Assembly (NCBI RefSeq): GCF_964355755.1
Contig: NC_092674.1
Location: forward strand, 13,144,001-13,208,000
Reading direction: 5' to 3'
DNA length: 64,000 nucleotides
Origin: Antedon mediterranea
Lineage: Eukaryota; Animalia; Echinodermata
Below are positions 39,773-52,730 of the stretch, piece by piece (position 1 is the first letter of the stretch; the number at the start of each line of letters is the position of its first letter). The position numbers and the translations under genes are program-made. The notes under the pieces were generated by a model. That model saw nothing but the letters and a program-made list of their open reading frames with translations, ran no database searches and had not been told where the DNA came from.

Positions 39773-40768
39773 CGCCCGTATTCTTAAACCGGACTTAGGC
39801 CTATAAAAATATAACAGTCATTGAGTTCTAATATTGGCCAGATATTGAAAAATGAAATATCTATTTTTCTATCAGCTGAATTAAAGATGCATTGGTATAA
39901 TGTTGATGCAAATCATCTTTATTTACAACCGTATACAAATTAAATAATTTTCTTCGCGCAAGTCCGACTTGAACTACGTCACACCACAGCGACAATGGGA
40001 GATGCGGAAATTCACCACGCGATGGAATTTTTATGGGGCCTAGCGCTTTCTTGTCACGCTATGAAGAACGTGATTCGTCGAGATCATACTTTGTTGGAGG
40101 CCTATCAAATATGGAAGTTTTTGTTTATTGTTAATGAAAAATACTTTACTTTTAAATTAACACTGATCTTGTTCCAATAATAAAAGATTAACATTATTCT
40201 TCATGATGCGTTAAAAATGTTGTTATAACAACATGTAAAGTGATATTAATGCGCAAAATTTCGTCTGCATTTCAAATACTCTTTTATCATTGGCCAATTT
40301 TAATTTATAATATTTATTAAAATAGCCTTTGTTACCCAGACGTGTGAAACTCGACTAAAGCTCGACTTCATTAACCCATCAAGGTCCAAATATAATTTTA
40401 TTGTTAAAAAATATTTATCAAGTTTTTATTATTTATTACACATACATGAATCAGTTCCATATGTTAATTTGAGCCCTTTTGTCCTTTGACCCTGTTTTGG
40501 GTAATGGATCATATAATATGTCCCAATGGGTTATAATAGACAAACAAATCTTTTTTTTAAACAGCAAAATATTTATTGATATTTCCAAAAAAAAGATCAG
40601 AAAATCACATCATAAGCTTCAGTAAAATGATTTGTTATGCTATTTACAATTTTACACATCCAAATGAAAACTTGGAATACTTCTTTTATGAATCGAATTT
40701 GAAGTAATAGCTCGAACTAGTACTTTTTGAAGTCGAAGTTCTATTTTTCGGTTTAAGAATAAAGGGCG
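39773..40768. mobile_element. Non-autonomous TIR element (Harbinger-like MITE)
   Basis: Imperfect TIR CGCCC(G/TT)TATTCTTAAACCG at both ends; TSD unclear. Confidence 0.5.
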
Positions 40769-41084
40769 CCAATGGCTATTTAAATGGAGTATGGAAATAT
40801 ATTACAAAGAGCGTTTACCTTGGCAATAAGCAATTCAAAAGTGGAAAATAATAACCTTTATACAATCAGAATGTTTAACTTTTATACCATCAGAATGTTC
40901 AGATAGCAATTGCATTTTTATAACACTTTTGTTAACATTTTATTATTGCATATTTTTAACTTTTATACAATCAGAATGTTCAGATAGCAATTGCATGTTT
41001 ATAACACTTTTGTTAACATTTTATTATTGCATATTTTTCTATGTTTTTTTCTAAATTTGTTAATGTCGGTTTTATTGTATCGTC

Positions 41085-42330
41085 CTATATGCAAGAGCGA
41101 ATAAGGTGTCAAGTTAATGAAATGTTAGAGAAAGGGGTTATTAGAGAATCCACAAGTTCATGGAGTTTCTTGTCTGTATGATTCGAAAGGCCGGGACAGA
41201 TAAATATAGATTTTGTATTGATTTTAAACGCCCGAACTACATTAGTGTGTGTCAGGGACAATTTTCCTTCACCAAATATTAACGATGCACTTGACAGTTT
41301 AGGAACGACTTTAGATTTAGCCTCTGGGTACTGGAAAATTGAGTTGAGTGAGAATTCAACGGCTAAAACTGCTTTTATTACACAAGATGGATGTTATGAA
41401 TTTAATGTTCTCCCTTTCAGGTTACACAATGCTCCAACGGGCAATGCAGAAAATATTACGATGGTTGAATTGGAAATTTGTTATCTGGATGACATCATTA
41501 TTTTCAGTAATAGTTGGGAGGAATATTTATGCCAGTTGGAACAAGTGATGGATAGACTTCAGGTGGCGGGACTAAACTTACAATGGAATGTACGTTTGGT
41601 CAAAGGCAGGTTAAATACTTAGGTCACATACTAAGTGGAAACGGGGTGGCCATCAATCCTGAGAAATTACAAATTGTCCGTGACTATCCTACACCAAAAA
41701 AAAGTTATCTGAAGTGCGCGCTTTTCTTGGTTTTGTAGGCTATTATAGGAAATACATAAAACACTTTTGTAAAATTGTTGATCCTTTAACTAACTTAACT
41801 AGGAAGAGGTGGGGTGTACCAGGACGGAACAATGAAATAGAGCATTTGAGTTATTAAAACAAGCGTTATTGGAACCCCTAATTTTGGCTTTTTCACGCTT
41901 TGATGAGACTGAGTTTATATTACAGACTGATGCTAGTCATTTAGGATTGTGATTTATTTTGGCCCAGTATCAGGAAGGCAAGGAAATGGTGATTTCATAC
42001 GGGGGTTGAGGACTTCATAACGCGGAGCGGAATTATACCACCACTGAACTTGAAGCGTTGGCGGTTGTAGAAGGTATGAAGAAATATGCCTCTTATCTTC
42101 AGTATAGTGTGAAATACAATGACCACAATTTAGTATTTCACACTATACAGAAGATAAGCGGCATATTTCTTTATACCTTACAAATGGCTATTTTCTATTA
42201 AACAAGCAAGCGGTCGTTTAGCCAGATGTGCCCTTAAACTCCAGTCCTATAACTTCGAAGTAGTACATGTCAAAGAACGTAATAATAGTAATGATGATGC
42301 TCTTAGTAGATTAAGTAAATACACTTCTAT
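41085..42330 (+). mobile_element. Decayed Gypsy RT-RNase H fragment
   Basis: EMLEKGVIRES, LDLASGYW, KTAFIT, YLDDIIIFS, YLGH, FLGFVGYYR, ILQTDAS, NYTTTELEALAVV and DALSR; multiple frameshifts and stops. Confidence 0.93.
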
Positions 42331-43150
42331 AGAACCTTGTTTGACATGTGGGCAACCTGATATTGTGACTTTTGTGTGACCCATTTTTCTGTGGGATAAC
42401 ACTTATCAGGATAGTATATGTTGTGACAGCGCGCAATCGGTTCCTTGTTGCGCTCCAAACATTGCTGCTTAATCACTTAGGAAGGGTAACCGAAATAAAT
42501 ACAAAGGGGAGCTGCTAAATAATAATCTTCATTGTTCTACTAATCCGCAAAATAATTACCATGCTTATCGTTGGTACAGATTCTTGATTATAATTACGGT
42601 AAACCTTTTGACGCCTATCATGATTTTGTTTAATATGAATTTCCTAATTTGTAATCAAAAAGTATGTTATGCATTTTAATTTTACTTTGCAGTGCTTACA
42701 TCAGTTTACATGATGGATACTGTACCTACAAATCCCATTGTATCATCGTATTCGGGATTGTCAACGTTGGACCACTCGAGTCTATTTCCAGTTTATTGAT
42801 CAGTACAGTAACGTAATTGTTATAAAACTTTACAAGCCTTAACAGTTTATCTACGTATTTAGCTTATATTAGTTTTGATTTCTGTCTCTCCAATCCAATT
42901 AATATTTTGTAATGAAAGTCCTACAATTAAATAATTGTCAATGTATATAGAGTAATTTCTAACTCTTCCATAAGCTTCCTAATTACATGTACATGTATAC
43001 AGTCTAGGTACGTAAAAGCGTCACATTTTATATCTTATTTGTTTTGTGTATTTGCATTGTATTTCAGTAAAAAAAACGACTACTACCTGTAAGGAAACAT
43101 TTTTTGTTGTACTGTAAAGTAATATTAATTTAAATAATATTAATATTTAA

Positions 43151-45033
43151 CTAGCAGGGCCGCACGGTCTTTTTCTGCCTTAATATGTTGTTATATACTT
43201 TGCATGGGCAAGTATAATAGTACTTGACAAATTATTAAAATAAAAGCAAATCGTATCACGAATAAAATTCGGAACTACTGTATTTACCATTGGTTTGTTA
43301 TACACTATTCCTTCACTTCAATATATGTAGGCTAAAAATTGAAGCATTAGTACAGTGGATATGGAACTTTAGACTTTACTTTTGACTGGAAAATAAAAGA
43401 CGCTAAAGAAAAATTGTGCTGTGTAAATTAGATGATGCGCGCAAACACATAACGAATGTATAAAAATGCCAAACCATATTATTTTGGGTGTTTTTTGTGG
43501 TGTATTAATTATTTGATACGTAGAGATAAAAAAAAGTGGACACAAATCGAATGAAAAACACATTGCTGCGGAAACACGAATGAAGTTTTTTCATTTACAT
43601 TTTATTTTTGTTTACTGGTTTTGGTATTTTGCAATGTTTATGTATGGGAGATTTGTTACGTACTTGCTACTTTTGTAATTAAAGTGTGGTCTACCAGAAA
43701 CTCGTGCTCCACACGGTTTTTCTGCCTTAATAATAATTCACATGGCATGATTATTAAGTATAATAAAAGCGTATTTTTCCCGGTAACGATATTTCTTTTC
43801 GTACATAAGAGATGAGAGATGTCACAAAATATGAATAAATATTCTTTAATCATGTCCATAAGCTACGTTAGAAATGAGCTAACAATTCGCTAATAAAACG
43901 GTTTTCTGTCGAGCCGTATGTGCAGTCGAGTGGACTAGGATGGACTTTACATGTCGATGTATGGGGTTCGAATCCGATGAGCAAGTTCTTTTTACTTTAT
44001 AGTGAGAGAGAGATTATTTAGGTTTAGTTATATTTAGGAACTTAACTATCTTTCACATAAGGGGCCCCAACTTCTGTACGAAATAAAAAATCGCTTCCCG
44101 GCCCATACTTACGGCCATTGATTTTGTTATACACGGAGTATTCCTTTACTTTGAAATATCTGTAAGCTACAAAATGAAAGCAATACTGGGTTTGGGGTGA
44201 GCCTCAGAAAGTGACAACGTGCATGAGCGGGACAGACTTCGGTCATCAGTCGCCAGAGATTAAAACATTTTAATGATAAAATATGAATTAAGATGTGAAG
44301 TATTGGAATAATAACAATGATTACGGACTCAACACAAAAAAGTAGTCGAATTTAGATGAGGCGCTCGGACTTGAACATTGTGGGTGTATTTTTCGTTGAT
44401 TTTTTATATTTAGCGGAAACACGACACTCATTTGTTTCTTCATTTATATTTTTTTTTCATGCGTTTTTTTTTCATTTTTGTTTTGTGTATTTTTTCGTAT
44501 TTTTTTGTAATTACATTATATTGTGGTTTAGTTTGATTTTTAGCTTTAGACGGTGATACTTAATTATTACACATGTCGCAGATTGAACTCGAACCTTTAC
44601 TAACCATTGATATCAATTGTCACGGCGATTTTCTCACGGAGCCAAACCGTGATTTACAAAATACATTCTGTTCCAAGGATAGGTGTAATTAATTAAAACT
44701 TCAACAGCGCGATCATTTTTTATGCGCTTGACTAAAGACTGTTTATTTAGCGGCCCGGCATGGTATTTGTAGATCCGGCTATGGCGGTACATAACAGAGG
44801 AGGTTGCGTAGTTTATACAGTGACGTAACATGGTCGCTGAGACGTCAAATTACTGCAATTGTTTGCCTTTTTTAGTGTTTATCTTTAAAATTCAGGAAAG
44901 TGACATAGCCTATCGTGTGCGGCCCCTCAATAAACATCAGTGTGCCAAATGTGAGCACGTACCTTTCAGTGGTTTTGGTGGAGATAGGCCTACGTAAAAT
45001 CACGCGTCAAATTTAGTAGCCTTAATATATAGA
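43151..45033 (-). mobile_element. Non-autonomous Helitron-like element
   Basis: Minus strand reads A|TCTATATATT...CTAG|T. It has internally repeated 3'-end-like modules (about 43150 and 43690) and a tRNA-like A/B-box segment at about 43915-43985. Confidence 0.55.
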
Positions 45034-45044
45034 TTATTTGCATA

Positions 45045-45438
45045 TCTACAGACGTACCACCATTTCCAAAATTCAAATTGTTCTAGCAATACTTTCGAAT
45101 TCATAAATAACAGTAAAATTCAGATTACGGATGGCACCCAAAACTTGCAAGAATTTAAAATATAGTATAAAGTGTTCTGTATTTATTTTTGTTCCAATTA
45201 ATTTTACTGACCACATACATTGCATACTTATAATAAGCATTTAGCCTACCAGACGTATGTACTGTTCAACCTAATTTTAATTCTTTTTGTATCAGTGAAT
45301 TTAAAGCATAGAAAATGAGACTTCAATTGTAACTCCTGCATATAATATTATTTTGCATACGTCTGACAAGTTTCCTCGGCACTGTTAAATCTGTTAATCA
45401 GCGGGCTCATACCCGTTGAAGACGGGTACTAATGCTAG
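45045..45438 (+). mobile_element. Short Helitron-like element or Helitron 3' end
   Basis: Hairpin TACCCGT-TGAAG-ACGGGTA (45410-45428) followed by CTAG|T; candidate A|TC start at 45045. Confidence 0.5.
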
Positions 45439-45859
45439 TTTTCTATAAATTAAACTGATGACAATTACCGAATTAATGGCAATTTTAATATAAATGAATC
45501 ATAATATTAGGTGGTGTACAGATGACGACCTAATGAATTTACTATTAATGTATTAACTCAACATATTATACGGTATATATGGTATATAATTGGATAATGC
45601 GTATGTTGTGGTATATAAAAAGAGAAAATGTTAAAAACAAAGTATATTAGAATAGGATAATGCTTATGTTGTGATATATAAAAAGAGAAAATGTTAAAAA
45701 TAAAGTATTTTAGAATTGGATAATGCTAGATATTTAGATTTGTATCATATTTGATCGAAATTGTCAGTGGTCAATTTTTGTAGGGTGGGCGTATGTTGTG
45801 ACGTCTACAGTCTTTTGTGGTACACAATACCTATTTGCATATTTTCCACCTGTGGGTTG

Positions 45860-46180
45860 GTTTAAATAGAATAGGTATTTTAAAAGGGTCCTGCGCAAAC
45901 AGAATTGTAAACTTTTCTATGCAGGATCATTGTCATCATTTATATTATGAAACTATATTTATAAACGATGAGTAATAAATGTGAATTGAATCTTGAATTT
46001 GTAAAGGGAGGAGTTCCAGTCGGGAGGTTGACCTAAACGCAACTCTTAAACTGTTCACCGAGTGTGGCATTGATTGCCAAGATAATGTAATGTATATTTG
46101 CATAATGTTCTTAGCGGGAGTGTGCGATTTAATGTTTACATTTTGTTGATAAGTCAGTCTGTGGAGCACATGCCAAGGAA
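45860..46180 (-). mobile_element. CR1/L2-group LINE 3' remnant
   Basis: Decayed post-RT reading frame (W..LP..IQ-type motif) followed by a 3'UTR-like hairpin. Confidence 0.4.
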
Positions 46181-46629
46181 GTTAAGAATTATTCTTTTCT
46201 TTGTTGTTTTAAACTTTTTAATTTATAAATTACATTCAATTATCGTACGAAGGAAGACAAATTAAATCCACCACTTTTAGACAAGATTATTTGAGCAGAG
46301 GCAGATCAATGAAATTATTCTTAAATGATAATAAACAATAACTAACTAAATATCCACCTATATCAATAACTGACTAAAGCCCAAGAAATCGTTTTAAAAC
46401 TGGTGTTTTAACATGTGTGTGGTTACATTATAAAATGATACCGTAATTGTTGTAAAGAGGGCGGTGCGAAATTGATAGATTAGCATTTTGCAACTGGCAT
46501 GCTCTTTTCCTTGTTCTTCTAATTCATTATTCGATTCAAAAATTTAAAAAAAAACAATATTTTTTTTGTTTAGTTCAAGTAAGTTTTAACATTGGAATCT
46601 TTCCTTTTTATCTATATCTCAATTATAAC

Positions 46630-46634
<5 letters not shown>

Positions 46635-46667
<33 letters not shown>
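46635..46667. repeat. (TA)n microsatellite
   Basis: Direct reading of the sequence. Confidence 0.95.
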
Positions 46668-46670
<3 letters not shown>

Positions 46671-46845
46671 ACAAAATTGCTTTAAACGAGTTAAATTTTT
46701 TACTGAACCTTTTGAATTGGCGAGTTATGAATGTTTGCATATTATATTATTTTTATGGTAAATAAACACTTTAGTTTGCGGAGATAGAAGTATACAATTT
46801 CCAGATTTATTAATAGGTAAAATTAAAATACACTTTATTACTTAC

Positions 46846-46944
46846 GTTATCAGGTAGATTAACATCTGCATCTGATTCAATCAAGTTCTGGCAAACAGTG
46901 ACATTGTTGTAATAAGCCCCATTTAACAGGGCTGTTTCACCACT
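46846..46944 (-). CDS. Ankyrin-repeat exon (SGETALLNGAYYNNVTVCQNLIESDADVNLPDN)
   Basis: 99 bp, phase 0-0, TTTTCAATAG| acceptor and |GTAAGT donor; matches the ankyrin consensus GxTAL..A......C..L....ADVN. Confidence 0.88.
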
Positions 46945-48524
46945 CTATTGAAAATATTTAAATAAAAACTTTAAAAATTATCTTATTTAAACACCAAATA
47001 TTGAAGAATAATTAATCATACGTCCAAATAACTAATTTTAATATGTATTTAAATTTAATATTCTGTGTGATAGACACATTTGTTTCGTTTTTACATCTAC
47101 ATTATTTGCTCTGATATGAAGTCAATGAATAAGTTGTAGACATTTGCCATGTTTGTTTATTTTAAGAAAGGTGAGCATAATAACATATTAACAATACTAA
47201 TTGGGAATATACAGGTAAATTAAATGCTTAAAAGTAAACGTTAATTATGTATTGTATGTCCTAAAAAAAATGAAAATAGGCCATTTTCTAGCGGTAATAA
47301 TCACTTCCGAGCAAAAAAAAAACATGTTTTCACTTAAAAAAGAAAAGCATACAGTTAAAATAAATGAAGAAAAACATTGGCTGGCCGCCATTTGACTATT
47401 GTTTGCTAATTAAGTTAAGCTAGTTAAATGATTTGTTCTTGTTCAAATTGTTGGTCAACGTGAATAAATATTAAACAATTTAAAAAATGCTTAGAAGGAA
47501 ACTATAACTTTAACTGATGAAATTGTTTACTCTGAGTGAATTGGTAATTTATTAGTTTATTGTATATAGAAATGTGGTACAATACTTCAGTACTCATTTT
47601 TACCCCATAAAGAATTAAGTTGAAACACAGTTATATTTTTTGTTTGCTTAGTCATTAGCTATCCTCGTTTACAATGAATATGTTTTAATCTTTACACATA
47701 AAATAACTCATAGGCTTACATGTTTTACGTAGTAAAATGTTTCATATTGTTTATGCCAAGCGTTTTTTTTGCTCTTATTAAGAATTTCATAATTTTTAAT
47801 AATGTTGTTTTCTTATACCGTTTTCTCTCTAATAATATTTATTGTTCATGTACAGTAACTACTCAATGTTGGTTAGTTTCTTCTTTGTATTTTACTTGGT
47901 AACACGAGTTGATCAGTGGGAGACAACTTGACAACCAAATGCGGATGATATTACACAGTATATTGACAGTATATTATATATTTCCAAGGCAAGGAGAGTT
48001 GTTTATATTTACAGAATGATGATTGAATAATGAACCTGGGAATTGTTCATGATTTATTTAAATTTTTTATTTGGTAAAGTAATCCATTTATTATAATAGA
48101 TTGCTGGAATCGTTATTTGAATAATTTACCATTGCTTATATTATATACTATATTTGATTGATCACTTCATTTTAAATTCTTATACAACAAACAATACTCA
48201 CAAAACGATAAATCACACTAAAATTGAATGTTTTCTAATTTAAATAGTTTATTATTATTTTCATTATTATTTTTGTTTATTGTTATTTTCTTTTTATCTA
48301 CATTATTATTTGCATTAATATTACAGTATTTGTATTTTTTTTTCTCTTTTGTATGGACACTTTTACTACACATGATAAACAATGTATATCTAAATGATAG
48401 TACATAGTCTAAGGTCAATATGTTAATTTATTCTAGATAATGTTGGTATTGTGTTAACAATCTTTGTATTATTATTATTATTATTTACATAGAAAAATAA
48501 ATCATAATTGATTTGCAGGCCTAC

Positions 48525-48605
48525 CTTGTTGTTGATGTTTACAGCCTTTAACTTAATAATATGTGTACAAATATCGATCTCACTTTTTTTTGCACTTTCC
48601 GGAAT
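48525..48605 (-). CDS. Coding exon 2 (IPESAKKSEIDICTHIIKLKAVNINNK), ending like the second half of an ankyrin repeat
   Basis: TTTCATAG| acceptor and AAG|GTAGG donor; 81 bp, open, phase 0-0. DICTHII resembles DICTILL in the downstream repeats. Confidence 0.7.
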
Positions 48606-48835
48606 CTATGAAATAGGAACAGATAGTATTATTAAAATAAATCTAATTGTATATTTAATTCAATCACATGCATTGATATGATTGTTAAACACAAGATCAG
48701 AATGTTCTATTTTTCAATCGAAAGAAGACATATCATCCCCAACTTTTGTCAGATTACGTGTTTAACAATATTTGGTAATTTTATAACATATTCGTCTGTA
48801 TTTTATATGTACAGTTATAATAAGAGACAAAAATA

Positions 48836-48861
48836 ATGATGATGATGATGATGATGATGAT
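48836..48861. repeat. (GAT)n microsatellite
   Basis: Direct reading of the sequence. Confidence 0.95.
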
Positions 48862-49164
48862 TATATACAATAATATTGTAGAATAATAGAGTAAAGAGGA
48901 AGTAATGTAATACATTAATTTTGAAGAAAACTAAAAAAAAGTTGTTGAAGCATGAATGTCAATAAAAGAGAGAGAGGCAATCAAGAATAACAAGGTAATA
49001 CAAATTACCGCCATGTTTTATCGAAGTTAATTCAACAAGTAAATTAATTTGTCTATAATATGCTATACACAGATGGAAGGTACTGTTTTATACTTTTCAA
49101 CATAATCAAGCTAACTACTAATAATTATGATTTCTGTCAGTAGTTGCATAGTAAAATCGCCTAC

Positions 49165-49215
49165 CTTCAGATTATTTTCAGCACATAGTTCTATAAGTTC
49201 TTCTTTCAGATCCAT
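49165..49215 (-). CDS. First coding exon of an ankyrin-repeat protein gene (MDLKEELIELCAENNLK)
   Basis: Minus strand reads ATG...AAG|GTAGG. There is an in-frame TAG 12 nt upstream of the ATG and a TTTTTTAG acceptor at 49243-49250. The 51 bp end in phase 0 and join the next exon in frame. Confidence 0.7.
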
Positions 49216-49886
49216 TTGTAGTTTCTATACCGTCTATATATACTAAAAAAATAAGTTAACAATAAATATTATAAATTGGTTGTAAACAATGTATAAAAGC
49301 AATACAAACATTGTGTGTAGAGTGTTAAAGTTCAACTTATAACAAGGATCACCAATTAAACACAATGCTATCAATGGATAGAAATCATAATTATATCTAA
49401 AAAGGTTCCATAATCATTAGAAACTCGTAGTACAGAACATATCAACAATGTTCTCTCCTTCAGAAATGGTTTCCGAATTTACATGAACGTAAAGCATAGA
49501 TGCTGTAAGAATGACGCTCAAACCGGCCGCCACTACGACGACAATATTTCTATAAAGTGTGCGCAATAGTAGACACCACATTTACATTTGTACAGTATGT
49601 CTGATTTCTTACGAACTCTTCTAAATTGTTTAATTTAAATAATATTTGTAATATAAAATTTTAAAATAAATCATTCTAAATGCTTAATATAGCCTACGAA
49701 ACTGATGTTTACAGAAACAGAGGAAATGTTCGTTAAGATAAATATCTGGTACTTGTATAGCAACATTTGTAGTAGCTAACACAACTAAAGTATAACTGTA
49801 AAATACATAAGGTGCAAACATTTTATATAAAACACAACCTTATCATACACTCACGTATAGTTAAATACATTACTTATCAAACTCAC

Positions 49887-49953
49887 TTGACTTGTGCTGA
49901 AATATATGTTTTCTCAATCAACAGTTGACACTATAAGCGATAACAAGTGCATA
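49887..49953 (-). other. Candidate internal 5'UTR exon of the ankyrin gene
   Basis: CTTTTTAG| acceptor and AA|GTGAGT donor about 650 bp upstream of the ATG exon; supported by splice signals only. Confidence 0.35.
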
Positions 49954-50112
49954 CTAAAAAGTTGCTGCAACAAGCGTGATTTGTTATTTATTGTTTGCTT
50001 TGATCTTATCATAAGGTGATTGGAGCTGCACCGATGTGAATTGCCATTTTAGGTGAGCAAAGTAAACCATTATACCGATTTGGTACGAAGTACAATACAA
50101 TTCATAATTGTG

Positions 50113-50504
50113 GACATACATTTCTCCACCACTAATTCACAGAACAAAGTTTTTTTTTCAATAAAGGTGAATGTGTCATTGACATCTAATTTTAATATTG
50201 TTCTTCTTTGATTGCAAGTGAATGCATCATCTATTCATTTTTATAGTTTTTTTATGGTATAAAAATATCAATCAATAGTTTAGGCCTATGTTGAAATTGA
50301 TTGCTTTTGTCATAGACATACATTTCTCCACCACTAATTCACAGAACAAAGTTTTTTTTTCAATAAAGGTGAACGTGCCAGTGACATCTAATTTTAATAG
50401 TGTTCTTCTTTGATTGCAAGTGAATGCATCGTCTATTCATTTTTATATTCATTTATCGTATAAAAATATCAATCAATAGTTTATGTTGAAATTGATTGCT
50501 TTTG
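50113..50504. repeat. Tandem duplication with a period of about 202 bp
   Basis: GACATACATTTCTCCACCACTAATTC at 50113 and 50315. Confidence 0.93.
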
Positions 50505-52450
50505 CATTAATTATTAACATTAACATAAATACAAGTAAAAAGAATTATTCACTTTGAAAAAAAGAATATTAAATGACATTATTTAATTAAAATTAAATAT
50601 AAATTATTATTCAAAAAAATTCAAAAATTACCACAAAAATGTGCTACATTATCTATAAAAATCTATTATTTCCAAATATGTTACATTCCTACCTAAAGTT
50701 AATGCGTAAATATTTTTAAATATTCATGTGATAAATTTTCTACTTGCATAAGTATACCTACATATATCTAGATTTATAAAGCAAACATATAAAAGAAATG
50801 TACACAAAGTTTATTACTGCCACTAATAAAAGCAAGCAAGAATACTTGAACTGAAATAGGAAGAATATTATGTTCATGAAATGAAAGTTTGACATAGTTC
50901 TATAACCAGGCGAAGCCGAGTGCAGAAAAGAAGTCAATCTTCTAAGGACTATTCTCTCCGTTCAAATAATATAAAATATTCATTGTTAGGTTCAATGTTA
51001 GTTATACAATGTACGATTACATAATTAAAATAAGAGGCATTTAAACAATATATAATTCCATTTTGTAAAAAATGTATTTTAATGAATGCATGTTAGAAGA
51101 AAGGAATTGATTCTAAATAGGCTGCTGCATGTTTGTTTTTTTTTTTTGTCAAAATTTAATAGTTCCTTATATTAGCAAATCCGCGTATGATGTATGACGT
51201 CTCATCCATACTTTATTATTTGTTTTTATGTTGTGGATATCAACTTTTAATATTTTCATTTCTATTGTACACATAATACACATTACATATGTTGAGTTTT
51301 ACTTTACTAGTTGTAATCAATATGTTTGTTTTTCTTTGACATATTTTACACAGAGGCGTCAAACATGGTAAATTTTAGCTACAGACAATATATTAAAATA
51401 TTTAATAAAACACCAGATGGTTAAAAATTATATTGTTTTTTATACGTACAAAAAGAGTTGCTGTTAAGCCAATCATGGTTCAGTTTTATATATTTGTAAT
51501 AATTCAACCCTCTGATTAATAATGGATCGATCCATTTAGCGGTCTTATACTAGATAACTAGTTTCTATAGTCGTGAGTGTTAACACTCGTTTCATTTGGC
51601 AACTTTCAGTCAAATAAATAGATAGTACTTATCTGTTTTCATTTAGAGCTAGACCGTTTTAATTTTCTGTCTATGTGTCTGTTGTACCCAACTAGAGTTG
51701 TGTTATACTTATAATTATTATTCTTTGCCAACTTACCAACTATTGCTACTGGACTTGAAAATTGTACAAACTTTCCCGATCCACTCTCGATTCAACCGAT
51801 TCGTATCTGTTTACAGTACCTGCACTCTTTTGTCTATGTATACCTAAAGTTAGCACAATAATGGCACAAAAACCTTTCCACGGTCTAATGATCCTTTTTA
51901 TATAGATGCTCAAGTCATTGTGTAGAATTTCAATTCATAGTTTCAGTCATTCAATTCTATATAACTCTATAAGTAGTCAGGTATCATATTATATAACCTG
52001 TACCCAATATAGTATACTAGCTCTTAGTGTGATAAATTTGATAAAACCTAACGTACTCAATAGGTAAATTAATTTTATATGTATAATATGAAATTAAAAC
52101 TCAGAGGATATAGGAAAATAGGTAGCAAAATATTACGATTGTGTAAATCTTTGTTGAATTCATGTATTAAGACAGTAGGATATATTATTGTTACGTTTAT
52201 ATTTAAGCATAATTATAAATGAAATAACTCAACTGTTGGAAAGAAAAGAGAACGCATGTATAATATATAATATATGTCATTAATTGATACTATTTAAAGA
52301 AATAAGAATAATAATACTATAGGACAAAATTTTAACGTTATAAATAATCTAACAGTCACACATTTTTATTCAGCATTTACTGACTAAATGTATAAATCAT
52401 GTAAACAGTGGGCGCCATCTCATTTGCAGCCAAGATTCTTATGTCTAAAA

Positions 52451-52730
52451 AGCCTGGTTTCCATAAAATCGCTACACCGTTTCCATTGAAATCGCTACAC
52501 CCGCATATGTCGCCGACGCGCATCGGGGAGGTCTCCCCGATTCATCGCAGACAAATCGGCAAAGTTCAACCATGTTCAACTTTGCCGATTTTGTCGGCGA
52601 TGAGTCGTATACGCGTGTACCAAAGTTTAGCGCTCGCGTACTAGATCGCCGATAAATTCTAGCGTTTCCATAGAATCTGTCGGCGACAGCAGTCGGCGAC
52701 ACGGTGTAGCGATTTTATGGAAACCAGGCT
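52451..52730. mobile_element. PIF/Harbinger-like MITE, 280 bp
   Basis: Perfect 30-bp TIR AGCCTGGTTTCCATAAAATCGCTACACCGT; inserted at a TTA; the empty site GTCTATTATGC is seen at about 54930 and 58094. Confidence 0.85.

Noticed and set aside
40874-41040. 81-bp tandem duplication (and a similar 63-bp one at about 45590-45730)
   Set aside because: These are ordinary local slippage or duplication events with no further structure.
43910-43985. Possible tRNA gene
   Set aside because: A B-box is present but I could not build a convincing acceptor stem or cloverleaf; it is better explained as a tRNA-derived repeat fragment.
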